DNA of 64,000 nt. Source: Azolla caroliniana (taxonomy: Eukaryota; Plantae; Polypodiophyta). The notes beneath the pieces were generated by a model. That model searched no databases. It was not told the origin of the DNA and was given only the letters and a program-made list of their open reading frames with translations. Of the stretch, positions 33,693 through 44,597 are shown in pieces. Positions within the stretch are counted from its first letter, which is position 1. Each line of letters starts with the position of its first letter. The stretch is taken from the NCBI GenBank assembly GCA_043228905.1, contig JBHGNT010000017.1, positions 16,182,001-16,246,000 on the forward strand, given 5' to 3'. A program made the translations under genes and the position numbers.

Positions 33693-35950
33693 GTGTCGTA
33701 GTGTATTTTGTACACTACGTGAAAAACGTATATAGTATTAGATTCAATAAAAAATGAAGAAATAGAAGAAAATAGCAAAATAAATGGAACATGCATAGGG
33801 CAAGATTCGAACCTTGCACCTCCATGTTAATAATGTAATGTCTTACCATTACACTAGCATTTCATTAGTGTTAAAGCATAGATGTCCCACATAGAAAGGT
33901 AAATTCACGCTAGGATAAACATTAGAAAAACGCATAACAAAAGAAAAAGCTACACATACAAATCTAGCGTGCATGATAAAAAACGCACAAGTTAGAAAAA
34001 AGCATGATCACTTTAGATAAAGCATATAGTCTATCTATAGGAAAAGCATGGGGTCTATAGTTAGAGAAAAAGCATGGATTACTAAGACTTCCTCATCACT
34101 ACATAAGGATGGGGAGCACAATGTAATTGTGTGTGAAATACTTGGAAACTGGATATGTTTCTAAAAAACACCAATTAATAAACTATACTCGTGGGATTCA
34201 CGAGGATTCTATATCATTCTCTTTCAACCGAAGTTTATATTCTTATATTCATATTGATTAATCTAATACAATACACTCGTGGGATTCACGAGTTTGCTAT
34301 AACTCTTTCTTACAACATATTTATATTCTTATTAGCCTTAAAACTCTCCTCTTCCTAGTCCAAAACCTCAGTGGTTCCCACCCGACTCACGCAAACGATC
34401 TGGAGCCGAAAGGCACGACAACGGTTTGGATGTCCGCTTGAGATCATTAGCGATCAAGGCTCCCATTTCCTCAACGAAATTATAGCACATCTACTAGGTG
34501 AATTTATGGTGACAGACTGCAAGAACTCCCCTTATTACCCCTAGTGCAACGTACAAGCGGAAAACACTAATAAGGTGTTATGTGTAGTGCTCATGAAGAT
34601 AATCGCCGCTTCGCGGTCTGATTGGAGCACCTAACTCCAAGCGGCATTGTCGGCTTTCCGCACTTCTTACAAAGTCGCAACTCGCCACACACCATTCAAA
34701 CTAAAGAAGCGGTACTGCCCATCGAGTTCCTTGTTTTGAGCCTCAGGATAGCCGTACAAGAACGATGGGACGGGAACACCCTCCTGTCATGCCTAGAGAA
34801 CCTAGAATGGTTGACCGAAACTCGCGTTCTCGCATTCCAAGCACTCTTGACAGAGAAAGCCAATAGAAAGGCGTGGCACGACAACAAAGTAAGAGATAAA
34901 GACCTTGCTGAAGGGGACATGGTTCTCAAATTCACCTCTCAACGACACAAAAAAAAACTCAAACTACGTGGTGAAGGCCCCTATGTGGTCTCAGAGATTA
35001 CCAAGACAGGAGCATGTCGAATACGCACGCTCCAAGGACTCGACATCCCAGGATTCATTAATGGGAGCAAGCACAAATGTTACTACAGACCCCTCACCCT
35101 CGAAGCCCTACTCATGGCTCAACAACGAGAAGTGGAAGCCAAACTTAAGGCATCCGAAGGCCAAATGGCCCGACTAGAAACCGACCTTCACAATGTGCAA
35201 GCGAAATTGAAATGACAAGGGGACACCCACCCGGTAGCCATGGCTAAGGCGGTCAACTCTAATGACAAGACAACGCAACTATCATACTTTGCTGACGGCG
35301 TACCTTTAATGGAGGTAATCGACACTTGAGCATCACTAACCCTTTTCTCCTTCGAGACATGGGGACGTCTAGGTTACCTAGACCTTGAAGTATGCAATGA
35401 CAACTTCCGTGGCTTCGATGGTTCCACATCATGCTACCTCGGAACCTTCGTGTGTAACATCAAGACAAAATATAGCGACCACTCAATCCAAGTTCGGGTA
35501 CTCCCACCGGAAGTGATGTACACCTAGTGCCTCCTCGGTTTGGATTGGTGTCACATAAGCGAATGCCTCCTGTCACTAAGCAAGAACATCGTCTCCTTCC
35601 AAACGGCAAATGGGGTGAGGTCTGAGAAACTCGTTGCAACAACAATCGAATCACGTCCCATTGATCTCGACAAACTCCAAAGCACGAAACCACCCAACCA
35701 AAAAGAACACGCACAACCACCAGCCATCCACAACTAGAGCAATGCTAACATCAGAACAAGGACACCTGCGCCACACAAATGGGTGAACATCCACGCGATT
35801 TTCGCTGAAGAACCACGCCGCGGAGAACGTGCTATTTGGCGAGTCAGAAAAGCACTCACAAATGCCCAAGGTTGGCACAAAGGCGGCACTAGCTTCTGGG
35901 TCCCGAAATGAAGCCGGCTTCCCACCCGCGACTATACCATGACTACATGG

Positions 35951-36668
35951 TGTCGTGCCTTTCGGCTCCGGATCGTTGCGTGAGTCGGGCGGGAACCACT
36001 GAGCTTTTGGACTAGGAGAAAAGAAAATTCTAAGGCAATTAAGAATATGAAAAATATTGTAAGAAAGAAAGATATGACAAACTCGTGAATCCCACGAGTA
36101 TAGTGTATTAGTGAGTACTCAGATTAAGAGAGAAAAAATAGTTAGCAAATTCGTGAATCCCACGAATATATTATATTAATCAACCCTTGTAAAATAATCA
36201 ACAACCTTATACATATTTCTCTCCTCCTTATATAAGGATGGGAGAGGTTGAGCATGGCTTCTTGCTTTCCCTAAACGTGTTCATGTACACTAAATGTGCA
36301 TGTGATGTTTTTTTTTTCAACCTTGCTTTTATTTGCTAAATATAGTGCTCATGCATGCTAGATGTGCATGAGTAATATTTTATTGGTTTACATTTTTCTT
36401 ATAAATAAAGTATTCACGTACTCTAAAAGTGCATGACTTAGCTTTTTAATAAAGGTAGGCGTAAATAAAGCTCTTATAGGTATTAAATCTATATTTAGAA
36501 CACTAAGGATAAGTTAGTACAATGGTAAGGTTGGGGTTTGTCTATGTGGAGGTACAAGGTTTGAATCTTGACCTATGTATGTAATAAATATATATTTTTT
36601 AAATATTTTTATTTATTTATTATACGTACTTTAAATTGGATATAATATTTTACATATGATTGAAGACA
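35951..36668 (-). mobile_element. Solo LTR related to the gag-only element
   Basis: U5 end nearly identical to 31570-31629 (reverse complement); TG...CA; TSD ATGG/ACGG. Confidence 0.9.
36515..36570 (+). promoter_or_regulatory. A-box/B-box module in the solo LTR
   Basis: TAGTACAATGG-32 nt-GGTTTGAATCTTG, poly-T near 36595. Confidence 0.55.
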
Positions 36669-37747
36669 ACGGGACACCCAACAACTGCGCACATCGGTCA
36701 AATACCCCGCCCAAGTTAAGGCCATAGAGTTCGACCGGACTAAACAACTAGGAGGTCGAATGCCCCATAAAAGTACTTCAGAGGCCCTCCTCGTCCCTTT
36801 GACAAAGATGTCACGGGTCTGGGTCCTTGAAAATATACAAAGACCCTCAGACAACACTCGAACAACACCCCCCCCACATCCACCCCCTAAAGTCCTCCCA
36901 AAAACTCCTAAATTTCCCAAACTCTCACGAAACCCCCGGTGGACCCTTGTCCAACTCTACTATCCGCATATAAACCTTGGCCCGCCCTACCCTCTTTTAA
37001 TCCCGCCTCCTACCTTATGCCATCCTGATCATCAACTACTCGGCTCGTATTCTCCCTCGACCTTTGTTACTGCGCCCGGTAGACAATAACCCCCCCTTTG
37101 TTCTACGTATTAGTTCTTCCAATCTTCGAGTTACCCTTTATTTTTAGGGACACCATGGGTGATTATTTTTACTTGTGGTCGATCTATTTTTGGTTCAGCT
37201 TGTTCTTTTTCGTATTACGTCACATGGTAGTCTTGGTTTCTCTTTTTCGTTTGTTTTGTTTTTGTTTTTGATTGTTTTATTTATTTATGGTAGTCTCGGT
37301 TTGTCCTTTTCTTTTCTTTTCTTTTGTTGTTTTTTCTTCCCCACCTCTGTCTCCCTCACAACTCTTTCTTTTCTCCCTCCTTTCTCCTCACGACCCTCTC
37401 TGTTTCTCCATAGTTCGTCCTTCTCCCTCTATGCTTGCGCTCCAGCCCTTGCGTGTTGCACGCTTCCTACCTTCGTTTTATGACCATTCACTCTCCTCCT
37501 CACTCTCTTTGTGTTGCTTCTAGCCACCACCTCCTCCTCAGGTTAGTCTCATAATTTGTTTGTGATTGATTCGTTTTTGTCATTTTTTCTCTCCTGTGCC
37601 CTCAGCCCTGAATATGCCATACCCTTCACCCCTCCCGTGGAAGCCTCGACAGCTGCCGCGTCGTTTCCGCCACCCCCCTGTTGCTGGCATTGTATCGGGC
37701 CGTTTCATGCACAAGCTCGCCAGCTCCCCCTCATGATAATACCCTCC

Positions 37748-37916
37748 GGTTCGAAGAGGGGTTCTCTTCGAACCCCTTCCCCCCAGTTCCAGGAGACTTA
37801 CTACTTGAACTCCTCACCATTAGTTCGAGGAGAGACCCTCCTCGGACCCCGTGCTGGTGTGAGGAGAGGTTCTCTTCGAACCCCTCCCCGGTTCGAGGAG
37901 AGGTTCGCTTCGAACC
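37748..37916. repeat. Five 27-bp palindromic units (GGTTCGAGGAGAGGTTCTCTTCGAACC-like) with 7-10 nt linkers
   Basis: Units near 37748, 37785, 37822, 37856 and 37890. Confidence 0.75.
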
Positions 37917-38610
37917 TGTGAATGTTAAAGTGCGGAAGCATCAGACAGAACCAGCGCAGCCGGAGAGCAACAAAAAATGAGATGAAGGTTTTTAATGGAG
38001 AAGCTTAACACAGAGTATATACGAGAGAGACAGAGAGAGCAGAACATAGACTCTATTAAAAAATAATTCTACAGCTCTGTACATACAACGCGTTAAACAA
38101 CACTATTTATACAAGCCCATAAAGGACTACCAGAAGTACTGACAGGTACTCCAATGCTCATACGTGCGACTAAAACTAACTACGAGACAATGATTACCTA
38201 GTAGTCTAGACTACCACTAGGCTTCGGTTCCCGCTCGAATCCGGCTCAAGCTTATTCAGCCGATTCGGATCCGGTAGAGCTTGCTCGCTCAACACTCCCC
38301 CTCAAGCTCAACTTGAGGTCGGATTGTGGTGTTAGTGTCTGCGGCAACCGGTTCTTCTACACGGCTCCTTCTGGCGTTGCTCCGCCTTGCTTGCACTCCT
38401 CATCCGGTCCGGTCCTTTTCGCCGCGACGGTTTTGCGCACTTCGACCTCCTTGGTCGGCTTGTCTACTCAACAGGCCCATTTTAGCTCCCTCGCTGTTGC
38501 GACTCCGGTGCTTGTCAACCCATCGGTTCCTTCGTGTTGGCATTGACTTCTTCCGCGTCCGTGTCCATTTGGCCTTTAGTTGATCCGGCTTCTCCGAATC
38601 TTGAACCAAA

Positions 38611-40355
38611 TCAGTTTCCTTCGATTCGTTCCAGCTCTTGTCCGAGTTGGTGCCCTCCAGCTCCTTGTCTGGTGCCCTCTGTTCCCTTTCCTTTTCTCCC
38701 CCTCAACTGCGGCACGTCGAGATGCTGAACACCAAGCATTTTGGTGAAGTGTTGCAACTTGTCCGATCCGAGCGGTTTGGTGAAGATATCGGCAACTTGC
38801 CGATCCGTCAGAACATACCGAAGTTCAACTTCACCGCTCAAAACCCGCTCACGCACGAAGTGATAATGCACTTCCATGTGCTTTGTCTGAGCATGGAACA
38901 CGGGGTTCTTGGCGAGATGAATGCTGCTCATGTTGTCACAATAGATTAGGATCGGGGTCGGTACCTCAATCCACAGGTCTTACAGCAGTCGCCGAAGCCA
39001 GATGGCTTCACAGGTGGCATTGGTAGTGCCCCGATATTCAACATTAGTGCTTGACAGAGCCATTGTTGGCTGCTTTTTGCTGCTCCATGCAACAACCGCG
39101 GTACCTAGAGAAAACATGTAATCGGAGATGGATCGACGATCCGATGCATCACCGGCCCAATCGGCATTTGTATATCCGACTAGCTCTTCGGTTATACCAT
39201 GCCGGTATAACAATCCCTGGTCCTTCGTGCCGGTCACATACCGGAGTATCCGGTGTGCGCACTGAAGGTGCTCGACGGTCGTCTTCTGCATGAACTAGCT
39301 GATTACTTTGACTGGGTAATTGAGATCGGGTCGAGTGATTGTCAGGTATATGAGGCTTTCGATGATTTGTCGCAACCATTTCTCATTGCAGGCCGGTCCG
39401 GAGTTGGGACAGAGCTTCTGGTTCCGGTCCAGGGGTGTGGAGACAGGTCGTCATTCCGTCATGCCGAACTTGTACAACATATTCAACACATAGTGTCATT
39501 GTGAGAGCAATATGCCAATGGGGGTTCGGGTCACCTCGAACCCAAGAAAATAATGAACATTCCCCAGGTCCTTCATTTCAAATGCTCCGACATCTGGGAC
39601 TTTACTCGGTCGATTTCATTGAGTTCGGGTCCGGTGATGACTAAATCATCAACATAAAGTAGGATGCAAACCAGACTGTCCGGACCTTGCTGGATGAACA
39701 ACGACGAGTCGGATTTAGAGGTCACAAACGCCATCTTACGCAACTGGTGCGTGATCTTCACATTCCAAGCTCGGGAGGCTTGTTTCAGACCGTAAAGCGA
39801 CTTCTTAAGCCGGCACACCGCCGACTTGTTCAGCTTCGACTGAAAGCCGGGAGGTTGGATCATATAGACCTGTTCTTCAAGGTCACCTTGAAGAAACACA
39901 TTCTTCACGTCCATCTGGTGAAGATGCCACCCCCTTGCCTCAGCAACTGTCAATACCACATGAACCGTCGTCATCTTCGCTACTGGAGCGAAGGTCTCAT
40001 CGTAGTCGATTCCATGGGTCTCTGTGTATGCCTTCGCTATTAACTGGGCCTTGTACCGGTTAACCGAACCGGCGGCATTGTACTTTACCTTGTACACCCA
40101 TTTGCAACCGATCGGTTTATAGTGTCGAGGAGGGTCAACGAGGTCCCATGTGTCGTTGGCATCTAATGCCTGCATTTCTTCTTCCATAGCGGCACACTAA
40201 TTTGCGTCCTTTGCCGCTTCTGCATAGCTTTTCGGCTCATGCACTTCCACCACTTTGGTCATGTACGCATAGTGATGCGCTATGTACTCATTGTACCCGT
40301 ACCACGTAACGGGGTTCTTCAAGCTGGAATACCGACGTAACTTGGTAATACCTGG
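38611..40355 (-). pseudogene. pol: Copia RT-RNase H
   Basis: PIGCKWVYKVK, QMDVKNVFL, LYVDD, HAQTKHMEVHYHFVRE. Confidence 0.93.
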
Positions 40356-41760
40356 TGTCGTGTGAATCTTCGCACACTATGTAAAATAATAATGAAATAA
40401 TTATTATAGATTAGATTAGTAGCTTACTATAGAAAGATGGATATACTCAAGAGCTTCAAAACGTTTTTTACTATATACAAAATGGAGAAATACATATCAA
40501 GTTATGTGAAAATAAAGTTTGAGAAGATAGGGAAATTAGAACTCTCCCACATAGATAGGAAAGGTAAGACCCTGGCTATATAAGCACCTTGAGCTCTCTC
40601 ATTTTTCATTTGTGCTAAGAGCACTTTGGCCACTTTGTCTTGATGGATGATGGTGGCCAAATTCCCTAAAATCGGAAACCGGTCTGGTAAGCAAATCCGG
40701 AGACCGGCTAGTATGCAAACTGGAAACAGGCCGGTAAGCAAAATTGGAACCGGAACTGGCAAGCCAACCGGAACTTGAAACCAACCGGTATGCAAATCGG
40801 AAATTAGCCGGTAAGCAAAACCGGAACCAGAAGCGGCCGGCAAGCAAAACTGGAACTGGAACCGGCAAGCAAATCGGAACCGGAACCGGCCAGCAAGCAA
40901 AACTGGAAACCGGCCGGTAAGCAAAACCGGAATCTGGAAACCGGTCGGTAAGCAAAACTGGAAACCGGCCGGTAAGTAAAACCGGAACTGCAACCGACAA
41001 GTAAAATGGAATCGACCGGCGAGGGATTCGGCGATCGGATGGAACCGACTACCAAACGAGGTTGGACGCGGACGGACGGAAGATTGGATCATGCAACAAA
41101 CTAAAGTAAAGTGAAGAGAACTAAAGTAAAGGCCATGTGGACGCAAGCAACTAAAGTTGGAGTGCATGCAAAAAGTAAAGGTCATGTGGACGGTCACATG
41201 CATCTAAACGAAAAAGCCATGCAACTAAAAATAGATGCAACTAAAAAAAAAAGCTAAGCAACTAAAAGTAGAGGCCATGCAACAAAAAGTGGAAAGGCTA
41301 TGATTAAGGGAGAACTCCATATATATTCCATTTTTTTTCCTACACTCGGACGCTCTCCATATTATCTTAATTTTTTTCCTTTTCTTTCGGAGCTCTCTTA
41401 TCTTATCGAAGCCAAGAACCCTAAATTTCCTTATGGAAGTCATAAACCCTAATTTCTGAATCAAAGCCATATAACTCAAAAACCCTAATTTTCGAATTGA
41501 AGCTAAAAACCCTAATATTCTAATTAAATCCATATTTCATTTCTTCTAATCTATTACTCTAGTCATCTCCATTAGCAAATTTTTGTAATCCCAATCTTGG
41601 GATTAATTGTAATATTTCTTTCTACTTGTTAATGAAATTCGTTAATCTTTCTTATTTCGGTTAATTCTTAGTACATAAATACACAAATTTGATATCCTCT
41701 AGTCAAAGGCCCCGGGGTCTTGCCTCAACGTTCACGTATCCTCGTCGTATTTTTGCGACA
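40356..41760 (+). repeat. 5' LTR of W (1405 bp) with degenerate gcaaaaccggaaaccggccggtaa repeats (about 40670-41000)
   Basis: Matches 48110-49065 plus 53955-54444. Confidence 0.92.
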
Positions 41761-41813
41761 TCTTTGGTGAACCCGATGTGTAACGAGGTAGTAGGAGGAT
41801 ATCAAGTACGAAG

Positions 41814-44597
41814 ATGGCTTCGACAAGTGGAACTCAAGGAGAAGAATTGGCGAAAGGCATGGTGTCCGTCGTTGAATTCATGCTGAAAGAGAGAGATCGG
41901 GATGCTTTAGTCGACAAAGCTGTTGACCGAATTGTGGAGACAGTTGGAAGATTCGGTGGCAAGAACATCACAAATTTCCTTGCTACCTACCGGAACGAGA
42001 TGCAACAAAGAGATGTCCATGATCTAAAACAAATTTCAAGCTTTAAGCGTGTGGTAGAACCCAGGATCCGTGAGCGCGTTGTCGTGAAGAAAACCGGCCA
42101 TAGGCGGAATCGGAGAGAAAGTGCATAAACCGGCCCTTACATGGATGGAAGCGTGACTTGATATTTTGTACACGAACCGGTGGATGTAAATACTAAACCG
42201 CACGCATTTATTAGGGGGGGGATTGTGCGTATCCTTGTCAGAGGGACAGGGAATAAAGCGAAGGAACAGGGGAAAAAGAAGGGGGGAGAAAGCGCACACT
42301 GGAGAAAAAGGCCGAGCTCTCTCTCTTCTCCTCCAGCCGTCGTTCTCTGCGGGCGTCGGGAGTTCGCTACCTCTGCTTCGGGGACAACCCGTGTGCTTCT
42401 AGCAGAGTCTCTCCTTCCCCCCCCTTTGTTTTTGGGAGTCGTGTGACTGTCGTCGGGGTGCGTGAGTAGGGTCCCCGTGTCAGGTCCATCGCCGCCTTGT
42501 CGGTTGTAACCGTCAGAGTTTGTAATCTCTTGTCATTGTAATTAAGTGTTACGTTCTATATCTCTCTTTCTTGCTTCTACGTGTCTGTGAATCTCTCTCT
42601 CTGTCTCTCTCTCTCTTGCTCCTCGGTCCAAGACCCCCGTGGTCCCGCCCCTTTCTACACGTACGCGCGTAACAACACGACAACGTGATGGAGATCCAAA
42701 ATAAGCATGCGACTTGGGCGGAGTTCGAAAGGGCTCTTCTCACTGAATACATGCTTGAAGACGCATCACGGATGACTCGGCATACGTTAATGAATTGGAT
42801 CGAGAAGAAATGGAAGAATCTGTGTGCATCGGGAGTTTATGCTAAATTCGACCAGAAGTACAACCGACTTCCGAGTGTTGAGCAACGAGTTCTCGATGGA
42901 GATAAAGTCTTACTATTCCTAAAGGCAGTGGATGCGAAAGATCGGCGAGAATTGGGCAGTTTCTTGGAGGACGAAACGCAACCAAATGGCTTGGTAGCGG
43001 ACTGGGCGGCGGTGAAGAAGGCTTGCAGCCGTTTTGATAAGCGGCGACAATGGCAAGAGGAAGCTGAGGTCGAGAATCCACAATTGTGGAAGAAGGCACC
43101 TACGACGATTGAGCCTAGTAAGCCGATCAACAATTTCGACAAGAAAGCAATGGAGGAGTCTATAATCGAAGAGCTCTCCAAGAAGTTTGAAGCGGTATCA
43201 CTAGCCAACTTAGGTCGACGCGGGCCCAAGGGAAAAGAAGCGTATAAATGTGTGTGGTGCGATAGCTTCGAACACTCACGAAGAGAATGTGCTGACTTGC
43301 AAGATGCGATCTGCAAGAATGTCGTCTATTTGGACGGCAACATGATAAACTCGAGCGAGACCCGGAAGCCACTATGAGTGAACTTTGGAAGAGGTGGGCT
43401 GAAAAAGATTGTAGAAGAAGAAGATGCAATGCATGTGGAGGCTATACACTATGCCGCTTCGGCTGGGATACGAGTTGGAAAAGAGAATCTTAAAATGATC
43501 AAGCCAAGAGCTGGGTTTTGGCCAACGGTCTTCGAGTCGAAGAAAAAGGCAAAATCAATTTGGAGGATCTAAAACTTGCTGACCAAAACATGCAACGAGC
43601 TACCGGATGGTCAGATCCAATTGACGAAAACACAAGCTTTGCGGAGGTTGTGTGTGACACCTATGAAGCCCTTGTCGAAGAGAAGAGGAAAAGAACCGGT
43701 GAAGAAGATGGCACATCAAAGCGTCCGAACACGAGGAACGGAGGGAAAGAAGGGCCACCCCAACCTATCCCAAGAAAAGAGATTGGTGAAACAAACATGA
43801 AGCCCGGTGGATCGAGCCAACCTGCTCGGATGGAAGTCGAAGAATCAACGAAGAAAGGAAAAGAACGAGCGGCACTGACTTACAAGCTAAGGTCGGACAT
43901 AGAACAAACAACTAACTTGCGGAAGGTCCTTGAGGAGAAGGTTTTAGATAGTCATGTCGACCTTACCTTGAGAGAGCTACTTGGGATCGCGAAGGAGTTC
44001 CATGATACTATCGTGGACCTTATTAAAAGGAAGTGGCAACAATCTGATGAAGAGGAGGTGAAAACAAGTGCCATAACCATGGCAAGATCGGAAAAGGAGG
44101 AAGAAGAAGAAGTGGTGGCGGATAGCCATTACTTGCGGCCTCATTGGGCAAGAGCGACAACGGAGACGCCAGTGAAGATCGGGGAGAAGAATGAGACCGT
44201 GGTCTCTTTGATTGACCATGGCTCAGAGATCAACCTCATGTCGACCGAGTTCTACAAGAAAGGAAGATGGACGATTAATACAAACCATGGATGGAAGATT
44301 CGAGCGGCGACGAAGGCTACGGAGGACTTGTACGGAGCTTGCCCCAACGTTAAAGTCACGATCGGGGATGTGGAGATTGATCAACACTTCTTCGTGCAAG
44401 ACTCGGCTTCACATCCCATCATCCTAGGACAACCATATATAACATCGTCCCGGATGGAGACCAAGGTGTTCGATAATGGAGCAGCCTTCGCGCACGTCAA
44501 GAGTCTTGATAGTAAAAGATCTGTTTAATTCCTAACGGTGCGAGCTAATCATGAAAGGAACCGAGATAGCCTTGGAGGCGAATCCTCGGATTTTTAA
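41814..44597 (+). pseudogene. gag: gag-protease ORF1 of W (interrupted by a solo LTR, with stops and one frameshift)
   Basis: CVWCDSFEHSRREC knuckle; LIDHGSEINL...ILGQPY aspartic protease. Confidence 0.88.
42080..42682 (+). mobile_element. Solo LTR related to element X
   Basis: TGTCGTGAAGAA...GCGCGTAACAACACGACA termini match the X LTR; TSD GCGT/ACGT; gag frame rejoins (ERV|MEIQ). Confidence 0.9.

Larger units (their letters stand above)
30903..34420 (+). mobile_element. Young non-autonomous gag-only LTR element (TR-GAG-like architecture), tRNA-Trp primed
   Basis: 727-bp LTRs 30903-31629 and 33694-34420 with no difference seen; TSD ACGG; PBS TGGTGAACCCGACGCGAA from 31634; PPT before 33694; single ORF, no pol. 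Confidence 0.95.
30602..35215 (+). pseudogene. pol: Integrase of element Z, split by the 30903-34420 insertion
   Basis: GLWWPTLFKD, KWGIDFIGP, ENVITR|FGCPLEIISDQGSHF, EGPYVV. Confidence 0.9.

Noticed and set aside
37175-37523. Small membrane-protein-like ORFs
   Set aside because: T/C-rich low-complexity sequence with no supporting gene structure
37748-37916. CRISPR array (palindromic repeats with variable linkers)
   Set aside because: Linkers are only 7-10 nt, repeats are degenerate, the context is eukaryotic and there are no cas genes
43513-43572. Second programmed frameshift (GGGTTTT) in W gag
   Set aside because: The heptamer is not in the required codon phase; the frame change is more likely a mutational indel
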